From Camelus dromedarius (lineage: Eukaryota), in contig NC_087436.1 of the NCBI RefSeq assembly GCF_036321535.1, positions 82,646,001 to 82,710,000 of the forward strand: a DNA stretch of 64,000 nt, in the 5' to 3' direction. The notes beneath the pieces are model-generated. The model ran no database searches and had not been told where the DNA came from. It was given only the letters and a program-made list of their open reading frames with translations. The position numbers and the translations under genes were made by a program. The first letter of the stretch is position 1, and every line of letters starts with the position of its first letter. Positions 46,351 to 60,327 of this stretch are shown here, piece after piece.

Positions 46351-47291
46351 TCAGTTTCTGAAAGGTGAATTTTGTCTCTCACTCAAAAATATAAAGAGGT
46401 AACATATGTTTCATATGTAAGAAGGAGGTTCAGATGCTGGGTGAGCAAAAAGATTGAAAAATATCTCATTGACGGTCCATGACCGTGCCAAAAGGAGGCG
46501 TGGCAATGTCAAGGGAATGACCAAGTCAGCCTCCATGGGTCTGGCTGTGATCCATGTTGGTGAAGACGGGAGGAGTAACCCTAAAACCAAGGAGCAGTGC
46601 ATGGACCACCAAGGAATTCCTACAGGGAGCAGAGGAGCCTTGAAATACAAGGGAACTAACATTATTGAGCATCACTATGCTCCAGGTCCTGTGGTAAGTG
46701 TCCACCTCAGGCCAGAGCTCCAGGGATTCCACTGGTGGGTCCCAGAGAGAGGGATTAGTGATTTTATCTACCCTTTCCCAGGCTTCTGTGGAAGACATGG
46801 GCATATTGAGACACAAAAACTGGGCTTCATGGGGGAAGGTGTCTCTAACCCCCCTAAAATTATTTGGTAAATTATTGATATATTTTGGGTAGAGGAATGA
46901 TTTTCATCAGATTCTCGAAGGAGTCCATGACTAAGCTGCTGGAATCTATTCAATTAAATAAGGGAATAACACTGACAATCATAAGATCTTGCTGGACTCT
47001 GTTCTGAGGAACTACTGCATTCTGGGAAAAGCCAAGTCAGTGCTGAGCTGTAGAGCTGGGAGTATAGCATGATTCATATAATACACATCAATCACTTGGT
47101 CTTCATCACTGCATATCATAGCTAGAGCTATGCATAAAGGAAGATAGCATATCATAAAATATCTTTTCAAGCAAATGAATACAAAATGTAAACTTCTTAA
47201 ATGTTAACATAGAACACATAATTAAAATAAATATTCTCAAAATAAAATTTTAAACCACGTATACTTAGAATCTGGGTTGTATGTAGATGTT

Positions 47292-47667
47292 GTAGAGATT
47301 GAGAATTGTCCCCAGTAGCCATTCCCCTCTCCTTTGTATTATTAATAGACATTTTCGGCTTTCAGCTGAGCATATGGCTGCCCGGATGGAGACTCCATTT
47401 CCCAGTCTCCCTTGCAGCCTGGCATGCACGTGTGGCGAAGTTCTGGCCAATGGAATGTGAGCAGAACTGATGTGCTTGGCCTCTTTCCTTCCCTCTCCTC
47501 TCTTCCCATTGGTTAGGAATTGGCAACTATTAAAATAGCCTCCTTGTACCAAAAAGTATCCTCTTCTTGGTTGTTTCATGAGAGAGAAATAAACTTCCAT
47601 CTTGTTTAATCTACTGTATTTGGGGATCTCCTTATTACAGCAGCTTAATCTATATCCTCCCTAACAC
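47292..47667 (+). mobile_element. MLT1I/J-type solo LTR
   Basis: CATTTCCCAGTCTCCCTTGCAGC...AAGTTCTGGCCAATGGAATGTGAGCAGAA...GAGAGAAATAAACTTCCATCTTGTTTAA. Confidence 0.8.
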
Positions 47668-48121
47668 ATGTATGTTTTCAGAGACTATATAAATATAATT
47701 TAGAAATACTGAGTTATCATTCCTTGATTTAATAATTGAAAACATGTGTTCTCCAACTGTGCTCTCAGAATATTTTATGCATTTACAGTAGGCTTTAGTA
47801 TAAGATAAAATTAATTTTCAGACTGTGAATTTACTGCTAAAATGAATGGAATATTTAGCCTTTGCAAATATAGGTAATGAAGAGAATGCCCCAGCATATA
47901 AACTATTCTTTAGGAATAAATGGAAGTCATGCCAATGTTTCATGAAACTGCTAGGTACCACTTGGTAAATTTCTACATCAAGGACTAAAATTATTAGTCA
48001 GAATTTTAAGGTGTGACATTGAGTGTTCAAGCACAATTTGTAAATCTGGATGTTATGCATGAATGTAATGAAAATGAATTAAGGCTGTAAACTTGCTTCT
48101 GTTCCATTGTAAACTGTCTAA

Positions 48122-48296
48122 CAGCACTGGTTCTCAGCCCTGGTCCACATCATCTGAGGAGATTTTTAAAAAGGTCTTTGCTCAGGCCCCACCCCAGAGG
48201 AACTGATTTAGTTGATCTGGGATTGAGCTTCACACTGGTAGTTTTAAAAAGTTCTAGGTGGTTCCAAAATGTTAGCAGCATTGAGAACTCCTGCTG
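48122..48296. mobile_element. MER5A/B element
   Basis: Inverted termini CAGCACTGGTTCTCA...TGAGAACTCCTGCTG; CAGGCCCCACCCCAGAG core. Confidence 0.8.
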
Positions 48297-50562
48297 TAAT
48301 GTAATAGTTAATTCTGCAAACTTTTGGCCTTTCTTGGGTCCCAGCATAGGTCTAATTTTGGAAAATAAAAAACACTAAATTCCAACCCCATTTAGTAAGA
48401 TGAGCTTAATTCTTATGTCAGTGACACAGGCTTGTCTACTTCCTCTGCCAGCACATGAGTAGGCCCAACATTTGACTGACTGGAGCATTTAGTTCTCATC
48501 AACTCCTGCACAGTGACTAGTTAAGGCATAACCCATAACCAGTCATCAGAAAAACTGTAAGGATATTTTTGCTTTCGGGTAAACTGCCCACCCCAAGTTC
48601 AGTCAGAATATAGTATCTCTGAGTTTTACTCTCATTGGCTTTCTATCTGCATCTGAATTGTCAAAATACATCTTTCTTCAGCTTGTGAATTGTTTCCCCC
48701 TGTCCTTGTACCACAAAACAACAGATGGAAGAGATTATAGCAGGAGAAACATCTACAGACTGCAGGTCTCATGGTCAGACACACAAAACAGCCTGGCCTT
48801 CCCTTTTTGGCACAGATCAAGACTATTATTTTAAGCAACTAAATATAAATGTAGTGTTTGGTTAGAGACCTTATTGTGTAACTGACAAGAAAGAGACCGT
48901 TAGCATCCTTTGATGTAACACAATCCATTCTTTATGAATTGTACGTCCAGCAGATTGTCTGGAAGCCCCCCGTGGGGAAAAAGGGAACTAGCAGAAGGGA
49001 GGGTGCAGAAAGTTTGCCTGGGACGTTGTTTTGGGGCCCACATCCACCCCCACCTAAACGGAACTTCAAAGCTGTCTCGTCTCCTTCCTGGGGTGGGTGC
49101 TTTCCTACCCCCATCTCCCCACCTCCCTACAGTCAGTATCAAGTTACAGAAATAAATAACGAGTTTGCATAGGTAGAGAAAGGACAAACACTGCTATGTT
49201 TTTAAATGGTGACAATATTAGTAAAAGAAAGTTTTGTTTGTCCTTTAGATGTTCCACTCTGAGGATGGACCTCAGAGTACACTGTCCTTTATCTTGTCCT
49301 GTTCAGGACTTAAAGAGTATGAATTATTCTCTCCACCTTTCTCTGTTCCAGCTCCACTAAGGGGGAAACTTGAAGGAGACAAATGACCCTAAGGGATGAG
49401 AAAAGACTGAAATAATGGAGGGGATAAAAGGAGAGGAGAAAGAGGAAAACAGAGAATAAAGACCAGAGAGAAGGGACCCGCTTATGCCCATGGGAATTGG
49501 ACACCATACAGGTCGACAAATTTCTTGCCAGGCAAAATAAAGAACTGTTTTCACTGTCTTTTTGAAATTGTGTGTGTACTTGAAGGGGTAATGTTAATAT
49601 TTTTTTTCTGAGAGTAGACTGTACCTTCTTGATTTTTCAAATATTAAGGAGAGGAGTAAAGGGGACATAGCAAGTCTGAGGGATAATGGCAAATTGAAAT
49701 CTGGTCCACATAAGGTAGAGGTCAAGGGAAGGTCCTACACAAAAGAGTGAGACAGGATGCTTTGGACCTTGGCCAAAATTAGGTTCATTTGGTTCAGAAT
49801 CTGATACAGAGCTGGGGAACCATAGAGAAGATGCAATGTTTACCATGCTCAACATGATTTACCGTGAAGAGTTCCATCAGTGGATATGTAGCTTGACCTC
49901 CTGGCCACCACTCTGGAAGCATGCATATTTTTCCTTAGTTGCAATTATAGTGATTTTTAATTTTCTCACTTAACATATTTTTTATGTTTTACAGTTTTTG
50001 ATTTATAATCTTTTTCTTCTTTTTTCCTTTTACTGTTTGAAATGAAATAATGAACAACTTTATGCAAATATCATTTGCTACTTATCAACCTCAGATTGAC
50101 TATCCACTCGAAACTCACTTGACAGAAGACCATCCATTACCAAGAACAGCAATGAAAAAATTTTTCCTCTGGCAAGATGCCTTCTAATTTAACTACATGT
50201 CTTCTTCCATCTAGTCTGAATGGAGACTCACATGTCCTTTCTAATGTCCTTCTATTGCAATACACATATAACTAGGCTATAACTGTTTGATTAATGTTGG
50301 TAATTTAATGGCACCAACTAGATTAAAAATGTAAATTACCCATAGAAAACAGCAATTCCTAAATTGCAGCTTTTCCAAAGTTCCAGTCTGAGTCATAATT
50401 TAATAGCATTATGGCCTAAAAAGTAAGAATTATCATTAAATACAGTTGAGATTATTTCTATTTCTCTTTTTAAAAACAAGATTCTTTAAGAAAGCGTCAA
50501 ATCCTGAAGTTCAAGAGTACTTGAACTCTTTGGAAAATCCAGCTCTGTAACTTCTCTAACTT

Positions 50563-50576
50563 CCAGCAGGTGGCAG
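50563..50576 (+). promoter_or_regulatory. Candidate CTCF site CCAGCAGGTGGCAG
   Basis: Exact match to the CCASYAGRKGGCRS core; occupancy not shown. Confidence 0.55.
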
Positions 50577-52852
50577 TGTTGTTTGCTGTTGTGGTCCTGG
50601 AGAGGCTTGAGAGTCTGGAATTCAGAGCACAGGTGGATGGGTTAACCTTGGACAGAAACGAGGGCAGCTCTTGCATCAGAGAGATGCAAGCCCTTGGTCA
50701 GCACTAATAACTTTTAAAACTATTTTTACACTACAGTTAGCTTTGGAAAATTTAACTTTTCCCTCATGTCATCTCTCCCCTGCAACTGCATAGGTTCCCT
50801 TTGACTATTGAGAAAAATCTTAATTTCTTAATCTGAAAATTAACAGCTTTCATGTACCAATTCCAATATAGCTGTCAGTGGCATGCATGGTGGATAAGAA
50901 TAGGGGGAGACAGGAAGCAGGGAGAACAATTAGACTCTCACAGTGTTGCAGCTAGGACCATTCACATTACTGATGAGACTAAAACAGAAATTCACTATAA
51001 GAAAACCAAAGAATTAGAATGCAGCTGGCCTAAGGAACAATATAAACCAGGAAGGTGGCCGCAACCAGACCTCTGTGTCTGTCTTTTGCCTCTGCTCCTG
51101 CTTGTGTATCTAATTCTCTCTCCCTCTTTGAAGACGGCCACGCTCTTTTCTTTATGTCTTTAGTGCACGTGGGAGAAGCCTGGCCTGACCCTACGTTTTC
51201 TGCCACCACAGAAATTGAATTTTTTTTTGTCATTCCTAGGGAAAGATTTAATTGTCCTAGTTTGGACCAATCACCTGTGCCCAGTGGAATCTGATCTGAT
51301 TGTCAAAATGGATGTGCCTAATCTGAATAGGCAGGAGAAGCAGGTAAGTTTCTCAAAGGGTGGTGGGTGGGGCCACACCGACCTAATAATGCATCTTGTG
51401 CTACATAGTGAGGCCCAGGCATAGATAATGGTGCAGGATGCCACGGTGATGCTGGGGGAATAGTGGAAAGAGGACAATAGATAAGGACAATTTGGGGGAA
51501 AATAACTTGCAGAACATGGAGAATAACTAGATAGAAGATGAAAAAAAGCATCAAAAAACTAAGCACAACAAATCAAAACAAGAAAATAGAGGAGCTGGAG
51601 ATAGATGGAAGATAGAGGAAGATGCTGAGTGTGATTGATTAACTTGAGGATGTAGATCATTTTGAACTGACTTGGAAAGTCCACTAGGATCTTTGAGGCC
51701 GATTGGAATATAGGTCAGGAAAGATTTTAACTTAGTTTTTATATTCTCAGACTAATAACTCAATAAATTGCTTTAAATTTCAAAACTTCATTTTCTTAGC
51801 ACCAGATCTAAACTGGCTTCCTTCCCCAGGCAGAAGCACATCGTGAATCTCATAACCTTCAAAAGAACCTAAGAGGCAATTTTCTTCCCAGGAGGATGAG
51901 TTCTATTTCTGACATGCAGTTTTTCCTGTGCCTAATGCTGCAAACCATAACCTGAATCATAAAGATAGTTAACACTCAGAGGAGATACTAATAGCATCCC
52001 TTTAAATATTGAAAACATGATGAAGTCAGGATTCAGTCCAAATATTCTACCTTTTCCTTGCATAGATACAGACAGCGGGCTAGACCAAATTGAGTTCTTG
52101 ATCCAAGCCCAGTTTGGCCTCACTGCACTTGTCACTTCTCTGAACCTCTGTATTTACTTCAATTCGTTTAAGAAACATTACCTAAAGCACTGATACTAGA
52201 AAACCAGTAAGAGTTAGAAAAGAGTCATAACTAACCAGAATGTGTACATATGCTCCATATATCCTCCCAAAGTTCAAAAAATTGATATTGTCACTGTCAC
52301 ACTAAAAGATCTTGTGGGTTAGCAGAGCAAAGGCAGTCAATTTTCAGGAACTTAATTCAATGCTCTAGCCACTAGAAAGGCATAGAGCTATCTTGAGCAA
52401 CTGACTTGCCTCTGTATCCTAATTTCCCATTTCACAGTCTAAAATTGAACAGCGTGTGCCTTGCAAAATCCTGTCTGATGTCTGGCAAGGTTTACGCATT
52501 CAGCCCTTCCTTCAATAAGCATCAAGTCCCTAGCAAGTTGGGGAGGATTGGGTCCCATATGCCTACCTGCCTTTTGTTCAAAACCCTCTATTTTTCTCCT
52601 TCACTCTTTTGCTCCTCTGAGTTATCTTATATCCTGTGTCGGCTCCCACGGAGTTGAGATTCTTGACTTACACCTTGATCTTTTCCCCCACTTTTCCTTG
52701 AGATCTCTCTTCCAAGTTCTGCCCCAACCTTGCCCAGTATACAGTGTATTTATTGTTTTACTGTCACAGTACATACTTGGGGACAGGGGTAATTTTTAAT
52801 TATTTGAAGGGGCCTGTTGATTTTAGAAGCAGAAATTTAAAATTTCTGGGTG

Positions 52853-53392
52853 TGTTAGTTATCTATTGCTGAATAACAAATCACCCACAATGTAGTGATT
52901 TATAACAGACTAACAGTTTCTGTGGTTCAAGAACCTTGGCTTGGCTTGGCTGGGACTTTGAGGACTCTCAGAGGCTGGAATAAAGGCCTGCCACAGTCAT
53001 CTCAAGTCTCAAGTAGGGGAGGGTCTGCTTCAAACTCGTGTGGGTGTTACCAGGATTTAATCCCCCACAGGTTGTTGCCTGAAGGCCTCAGCTCCTCGCT
53101 TGATGTCAGCCAGATGTCTCCTCAGGTCCTTGCAATACAGGCGTCTCCATGGGGTAGCTCATAACCTGGCAGTTGGTTTCCATCAGAGACAGTAAGCAGG
53201 AGAGAGTGAGCAAGATGGAAGTCACATCTCTTACAACCTAATCCCAGAAGTGACCTTCCTGTCACTTTTGCTGTATTCTGTTGGTTGCAAGCAGGCCTCT
53301 TGATCCGGTTCACAGTCAAAGGGAGAGGATTACACAAGGCCATGACTATCAGAAGGTGGGGTTCATTGGGGCCATCTTAGAATTCTGCCCGA
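52853..53392 (-). mobile_element. MLT1E/F-type solo LTR
   Basis: TGTGTTAGTTATCTATTGCTG...GCAAGATGGAAGTCAC...TTGGGGCCATCTTAGAATTCTGCC. Confidence 0.85.
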
Positions 53393-53689
53393 TGCCTTAC
53401 ATCTGCTATATAATGACTAAGAGTAAAGGAGGTGACAATTCTAATGGGATATTTGAGAAGTTGTATTTATAGAAAATTTGCCTATTTGTATTTTTGTGTG
53501 CATATGTGTATGTGTTTGTGCACTTCAGTAGAGAAAAGCAAGCTGTATTCAGCAGGCAGGAGAGAGCACGTAACAAACATGATGAATTTTCTGCCTTCTG
53601 TATCTCTTTCCCTTCTGTGTCTCTGCCCTCCCTCTCTCTACTTCTAGATGACTTTTCCTTCTACTCTGCAAAGAAAATAAAAACCAGCC

Positions 53690-55605
53690 AGCAAAATCTC
53701 CCTCATCATTCAATCCCCACTTCCACAAGCATCTCCACCTGCCCCATCTTTATCCTTACTCTCCTCCATCCAACTCTAGGGCTGCACATAGTTTGTCCCA
53801 GGCTCAGCCATCCATCTGTGCTCTATCCCCTTGTACCATCTCAGGAGCTACGTTTCAATACTTTTTCCAGTTCCTCTCTTCTTTGGCTTTTTCCTATGAG
53901 CATAAGACATGTTTAAAAATTTAAAACATCTTAAGTAGATAGGAAGCTAATTTTTCCTCTGTCCTGGGCAACCCTTTGGCTAGTACCCCATTCATTTACT
54001 GACAAGCTTTCTGAAACAATCACTATTTTCTTTGTCTTTATTTTTTTCAACTTCATTCAGTCTTAAACCCACTGCAATCCAATCTATGCCCATCTTCCGT
54101 CTTTAACAACAACAAAATTACCTCTCTTGTTCCCATGTACTCTGGGGGAAAAAAATCATTGCTTCTTTTTGCAAAAACCTCCTATTTCAACATTCTCTTT
54201 TAAACTCACCCTAAACAGGGTGCTGATTCTCACACTGAAAGCTCTTGTCAAAGTCATCGATGGCATTATTAAATCCAACGATCAGTTCTCATTCCTCAGC
54301 CTGCTGAACTTAATGGCAGCATTTGACAAGGTTGATTGCCAGCTCCCTCTTGCTACATCTTCTTCACTTGATTTTAAGGATACCACACTCATTTGGCTTT
54401 TCCTCTACCTCACTGATCACTTTCTCTAAGTGCTTCTGCTGGTTCTTCTTCACCCCTATCCCTGACATTGGAGGTCCCAGGGCTCAGTCCTTAGTCCTCT
54501 TCTCTTTCACTTCCACACTCCCTCCCTTGATGAGCTCAGCCTGTCTTATGGCTCTAAACACCATGGGTGTGACCACAGCCTTTGCATTTATACCCGTAGT
54601 CCAGATCTCTCCTCGGATCTGTATTTGTATACCCGACTCCCTAATCACCATCTCTGCTAGGATATATAACAGCATCTCAAACGTCACATGTCCTAAACTG
54701 CCTGGTTTCTGCCCCTCCCAAAATTGTTCTACTTACATTCTCCCCAAATCAACCAGCGGCATCTCCATTTCTCCAGTTCCTCAGGCCAAAGATGTTGGCT
54801 CCTCTTTCTCCCCAACCCTCTTCTGAGCCGTCAGAAAATCCTGCTAGCATTATCTTGAGAAAATATCTAGAAGTCACTTGCTCCTTGCCAAATTTTGCCA
54901 CCTGATCTGATCACCAACACCTTTTACCTGGACGGTTGTAATAACTTCCTACCTGATGTCCTTCCTTCCGCCCTTGGTCCTGTGCCTCCTCCCCACATGT
55001 CTAGTCTCCTCCCAGCAGCCAGAGGAAACCTTTAGTCAAGAATCAGCTCATGCTATTCCTCTTCTCAAACGCCTCCAGTGGCTCACCATTTTGCATGAAG
55101 TGAAAGTCCTCACAGTCACCCACAACGTCTTAGAGGACCCAGACTCTCTGACCTCATCCTCTATTGCTTTCTCCTCGCTCATGCGACTCCAGCCATGCTG
55201 GCCTCATTACTTCTTAAGCTTGTTGGGCATATTTGGAGCATTTCCCTGAGCTAGTCCTCTGTCTGAAATGCTCTTCCCCAGACATCCTCTTGGCTCACCT
55301 CCTCATTTTTTCAGGTGTCTGCTTAAATGTCACCTCCCCAAGGATGTTTACCCAGGCCATCCTTCTCTGTGCCCTCCTGTCGCCATCCCTACTTTCTTAC
55401 CCTATTTTATTTTTTCCATAACACTTTTATCTTCTGGGTTATATCCAATTTACGTTTTACTCAGTTACCACCTGTCTTGTTTATTGTTGAGAGTGTTAGC
55501 TTCATGATGAAAGGGATTTTGTCCGTTTTCTTCATTGCTGTGCTTCTAGCTCCTATGAGAGTGTCTCAGAGTAGGTACATTAAATGTGTTTTGAATGCAC
55601 GCTAT
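53690..55605 (+). mobile_element. L2a LINE, ~1.9 kb 3' portion with degenerate RT
   Basis: Frameshifted RT-like peptides LSLLNLMAAFDKVD and GGPRAQSLVLFSF; L2 terminus AGTAGGTACATTAAATGTGTTTTGAATG. Confidence 0.9.
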
Positions 55606-55729
55606 TAAACATGGTCACCAAAAATCTAATTTCCAAAGCCAATTGGCTCATTTTATTTTTAATTTTTATACCTAGCACTTAAAGCTACAAACCTCTCCTT
55701 CTTTTATGATATTTCCTTCTCTTTGGTAA

Positions 55730-56750
55730 CTAGTTCTCTTCCTGCCTGACCAACTTTTAGTGGCTTCTTTTGTGAGCTTTTATTCCTCTTAAATACAGGT
55801 GTGCCCCCATGTTGTCCTTGATTCTATATACTCTTCCTTCACAACCTTATCCATACATCTGTGTTTCAACTGCCATCAATTCTCTTCAGCCTTGCTGTTT
55901 CTCCAGTGTCCTACAAGACCCTACATATTTCTTGGATTTCCATAAGTATTTAACCCTAAATAAACCTAATCTGAAATCATAACTGAAACCTGCTTTTCTC
56001 TATTGTCTTTTATCTTTCTGAATAATATCATCATCCACACAGTTGCTCAAGCTGGAAACCTGGAGATTATTCTCAGTTACATTTTTTCTTTACCACTCTC
56101 TGTCAAACCTTATTGATCACACAGTCACACCAGTTTTATATTCTAAATGTGATATGATATTTCACACCCCCATTGCAATGGTGTTCAAACTATGCAGTGG
56201 TCAAACTCTTCCTTATGAGCTCACCTCCCAGCTGCCACCAGAGATGTCCTACTAAAAGCCCAGTCTTATGGTGTGGTTTTCTTACACAGCATCTTTGAAT
56301 GACTCAGTTTGCATAGCCTACAATGCCCCTGCCTTCCAGTCCCTCTTGTTTCCTTTCCTGTCCTTGCACATCCTCTTTGCTAAATTGCCTGCTGTTGCCC
56401 ACATTTGTGGTGCATGTCTCACTTTTGTGCCTTTCCATCAACTCCACTCTGTGTTGGAAGCCCTGTTTCTTACAGTGCTTTTCCATGGGCTATTTTCCAT
56501 ACTTGAGACACACTTCCTCCACCTCTTCACTCCGCAAGTTCTCACTCATCTGTCAAATTTCATCTTAGTCATCTCTTCTCTGTGCAGTATTCCCTGAATT
56601 TCTTCTTCAAGGAAAGCAAAGTGCTGTTTACATCTATGTCCATCCTTCCAGGCTTTTAGTGCAATAATAACATCTTCCTCATCACTGTGTCCCCACTACC
56701 CAACACAATGCTTGACCTATAATAGGAGATCAGTTAATGTCAGAATAAAG
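55730..56750 (+). mobile_element. Second, more degenerate L2 fragment
   Basis: Pyrimidine-rich L2-like body (TTGCTCAAGCTGGAAACCTGG...) and tail CAACACAATGCTTGACCTATAATAGG. Confidence 0.6.
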
Positions 56751-58564
56751 AAAGAAAAAAGGAAACACTGCGTACTTTGGAAACTATTGGGCCAGTTCAG
56801 CTTCTACTCAAAAAAAACTCCCTAAAGAGTATAAATTGGAAATAAATGGAAAAGAGCAACAGAATATTTATAGCAATTATTTAATTACAAAATTTCTTAT
56901 GTTAAATCATTGTTTTTCCTTGTAAATCCCCAGTTTACCTCTTATAAAGGTAGTATGGTCAGCCACGTGTCTCATTTAGGCTCCTAACTTTCTTGGTTGG
57001 GTTCAACCTGTCTTCTGCCATTTAACTGATGATCAGAGCATACGGATCTGTCTTTAGTTCAGCAGCATCACATACCTACCCTTCAAGTTATTAGATTAGA
57101 TCATAAGCATTTCAACTTGAATTCTCTGTTAATCCTTAACAATGGATAAGTAACTCATGATTTTTTTCTAAGTGTTCTACTTTTACTGTCCTCCTAAGTA
57201 AAAACGTTACTATCCTATGAACTGTTTGACCTTCACAAAATAACTTTTACTGAATGCTTAAGAAAGTACATGAAATAGTTATCTGAAATGACACTTATAT
57301 TTATTGAGATAATGTTGTGAAGGCCATAATCTCCTATGCTCCCCCTTATGTTGGTCCATAGAGAAAGTGTTCTAAGTATTTATTCATAGGAAATGATTTA
57401 TTTTAAACTGATTTCCACTATGTGAATCCTGTAAACAATAATGTTTCTCCTCCATTTCAGCTACCAGAAAGTTTAGAGACGTACTTGTGGTCCAGCTTGA
57501 ATAAGTACATGACAATTTATGACTTGGATTTTTTTTCATGTACTAACCTTTCCATTGACTTTATTTTATTTTCCTATCCTTATTTCCCCTTCACTCAGAT
57601 TTGCTCATCTATTTAGATTTTTCCCATTTGTGTATTTTTCTAAGCTGTTGCAAATCCTTTTATAGTAACAAGGCAGGGCTCAACTAAATTAAATAAAAAT
57701 ACAATTATCTCACTGGGCATTCATGGTTCTTTAAGGGGAAAAATTATCCCTTATACACTTCCAGGTGAGTATAGATTTTATCAGCAGCCAGTAGTTGCAA
57801 AGCACATCAGGTAGAAATTTGTTTATCTGGAGTGTCAAGGACCCAAACTCTTCTTAATTAATTATTCCCAGGGTTTCGATATTTTACCTCCAGGAAGAAT
57901 GATCATAAAATGACTTGGTAAGGCGTATAGAATATGGCCATGCTCTTTACAAACTCCCTCACAAATCGTGCTGTACCAGCCAGATCACCAAGATACCAGT
58001 GAACCCACCACTGTGACTTCCACCATGCTGTGAGGACAGTGTGGCTTGTGACACTGGATAGCCCTTTGCAGTCTGGTGGAAATTCACTGTTTCCATGCAA
58101 GATGCACCATAGCAACTCGTTCTTCAGTTATTAGACTGCTGTGATTTTTTTTTTTTAAATGAATACTCAGAAAGCAAATGCTTTGACAAAAATTCCATAG
58201 TTTGGATGCTTCCAGTGTTTCAATTCCTGGACAAACGATCCTCTCCTTTACTTCTGCAACTAAGGAAGTAACATTTATCATGCCATATTCTGGGTGCTTC
58301 ACGTCATTACAATTTTAATTTAATCATCACAATGAATCAGCGAGCTACTGTTAGTTTCTTTATTGCGAATTAAGAAATTGAGATTCAAAGGGGAAAGGAA
58401 TTTACTTTCCTTTTACCCATTAACCAAAGAATAATGACTTTGAGTATTGCATTTCAGGTTATGTAACACCAGAGACCATTTCCTTACCACCACAGCACAC
58501 TATTTCCCTTGACTCATTCAGGCTTCTTTTCTCCTTTTGGCATAATCCTGAATAATGGAAGTGT

Positions 58565-58584
58565 TGTGTGTGTGTGTGTGTGTG
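58565..58584. repeat. (TG)10 microsatellite
   Basis: Seen directly. Confidence 0.95.
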
Positions 58585-58624
58585 CACACCTGCATGCTCA
58601 TGTGTGGGCATGTATTTTGTGCAG

Positions 58625-58860
58625 TGAATCAGTCAGGGTCCCAGTAGGTAACAGACAGCTAGTTTACTCAAAAGAAGTTTAACTGGGGAAAAAAAACGTA
58701 GTGAAGAGATTACCCACAGAGGTATGGGCAGGACTAACAATCCCCAAAGAATGGTGAGGTATCCAGGGACTAGCAATGTGGGACCTGTTGTACTCTTAGG
58801 TCTGAAGGCTCCAAGGGAGAGAATTTTGTTATCAGTGCCTAGTGAGACACACAGCCACCT
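58625..58860 (-). mobile_element. ERVL-class LTR fragment (LTR33/LTR41-like)
   Basis: TCAGTCAGGGTCCCAG...CAGAGGTATGGGCAGG...GGTGAGGTATCCAGGGACTAGCAA. Confidence 0.55.
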
Positions 58861-60327
58861 GCTTATGTAATTCGTTTGTTCTTTATGAACTCACTTATAC
58901 AAGGTCTCATACACCATTTCCATGTAGTAATAGAATGATGTTGTCCAAGTCCAACTTTATGACTTGTGGAACAGATGACGTCAGTTCATGACAGGAAGAT
59001 CAGGTTACAAAATTGCTTTCTGGGCCAGGCTAAGGAATTCAATTTCTACCCAGTTCTAGGGACAAACCAGACCTGTTTTCAAAGGCTGCTATCACCAAAA
59101 AATGTCTTGGGGAAGAGGGGTCCACCAATCCCTCTGGAGGGTATCATTAGGGTGAGCAGATTAAACAAATAGAATATTATTATTTTCTAATAGAAAAAAA
59201 AGAAAGAAATAGATCTTTCTAATATTCTCACATCCTTAAGCCTTGCAATCCTTTCTCTACAGTATGCCAGAATTTCTTAGCCATACTGGTGTAAGTTACC
59301 ACTGAATCAAGGCTTTGTTTAACAATTCAGTAAATTCTTGGTGCCATTTCTAAGTTGTTAAAGCAGCATATTAAGTCCAAATTTGCAGGGATGTGCACCC
59401 CCATTGATGAATTTGGTCTAATCAATTGCACATGTCATTCTCCTTGTTTTAACACCTTTGGAATCTACTTCCATGCAATGTCTCCAGAATCGCCACTACA
59501 ATTAATTAGTAAGATCTTATAATTTCTTCAGTGTCCATCCATGCCATCTCCTTACGGAGCAGACCTTCTTCTATCTAGACTATGCTGGGATCTACTATTG
59601 ATCTGGAAGAAATGGGGTGTAGGGTGGATCTTGAAGAGAATAGGTACCCGTCTTGAAGAAAAACGCCATAGGTGTTTTTGAAATTATTTCATGCAGGGGA
59701 AGTCTGTTCTTTTAAAGAAAGTGAAAGCCTACTTTAGTTGGCTAGGAAGATTCAGAGAAACTTTGTGGTTTTAGAGTTCTCAGCAGGGTCTGTTTCTGCC
59801 CGAATGCTCCCATACTTTCTCAGTTCCATTTTCCCCCACCTAAGACCTTCCCCTTGGTATAACTTGATAAGATTGCTTGGTTAGCTGCTTTTGTAAACTC
59901 TACAACCTATACAATCAGGTCTTGGGTAGATCCTTAGCTACGTCTTTCTTACAGTTGCATGAAACAAAGATGTTCTTTAAGGACATCATAGGGGCATTCT
60001 GATCCCCCCTAAACCTTAATTTGGATGTTCAAGGATTTATCCTTTTTACCAAAAAAGCTTTCCAAGGCAGTCATAAGTAGCTCTGTCACCTCCACAGATG
60101 CATGATTATCATTGAGGCAGTAACAGTAAGTGTCCAAGCCTCGTTCTCTGCTTGTACTCTACCCCATGCTACTGTTGGTGATAATCTGAGTTAACATAAC
60201 GCTTTTGCATGCTACAGCTTACCTATGGTACATTTCCTTTTGTTAAGGAAATTATCTGGGGCTGAAGGCAACCAGTCCGGAACCTACATTGGGAGCCCAT
60301 TTCCTAGGGTCACGCCTAGTACCAATC

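Noticed and set aside
46540-46610. KTKEQ motif suggesting a synuclein retrocopy
   Set aside because: Only five residues match; the flanks do not follow the KTKEGV repeats.
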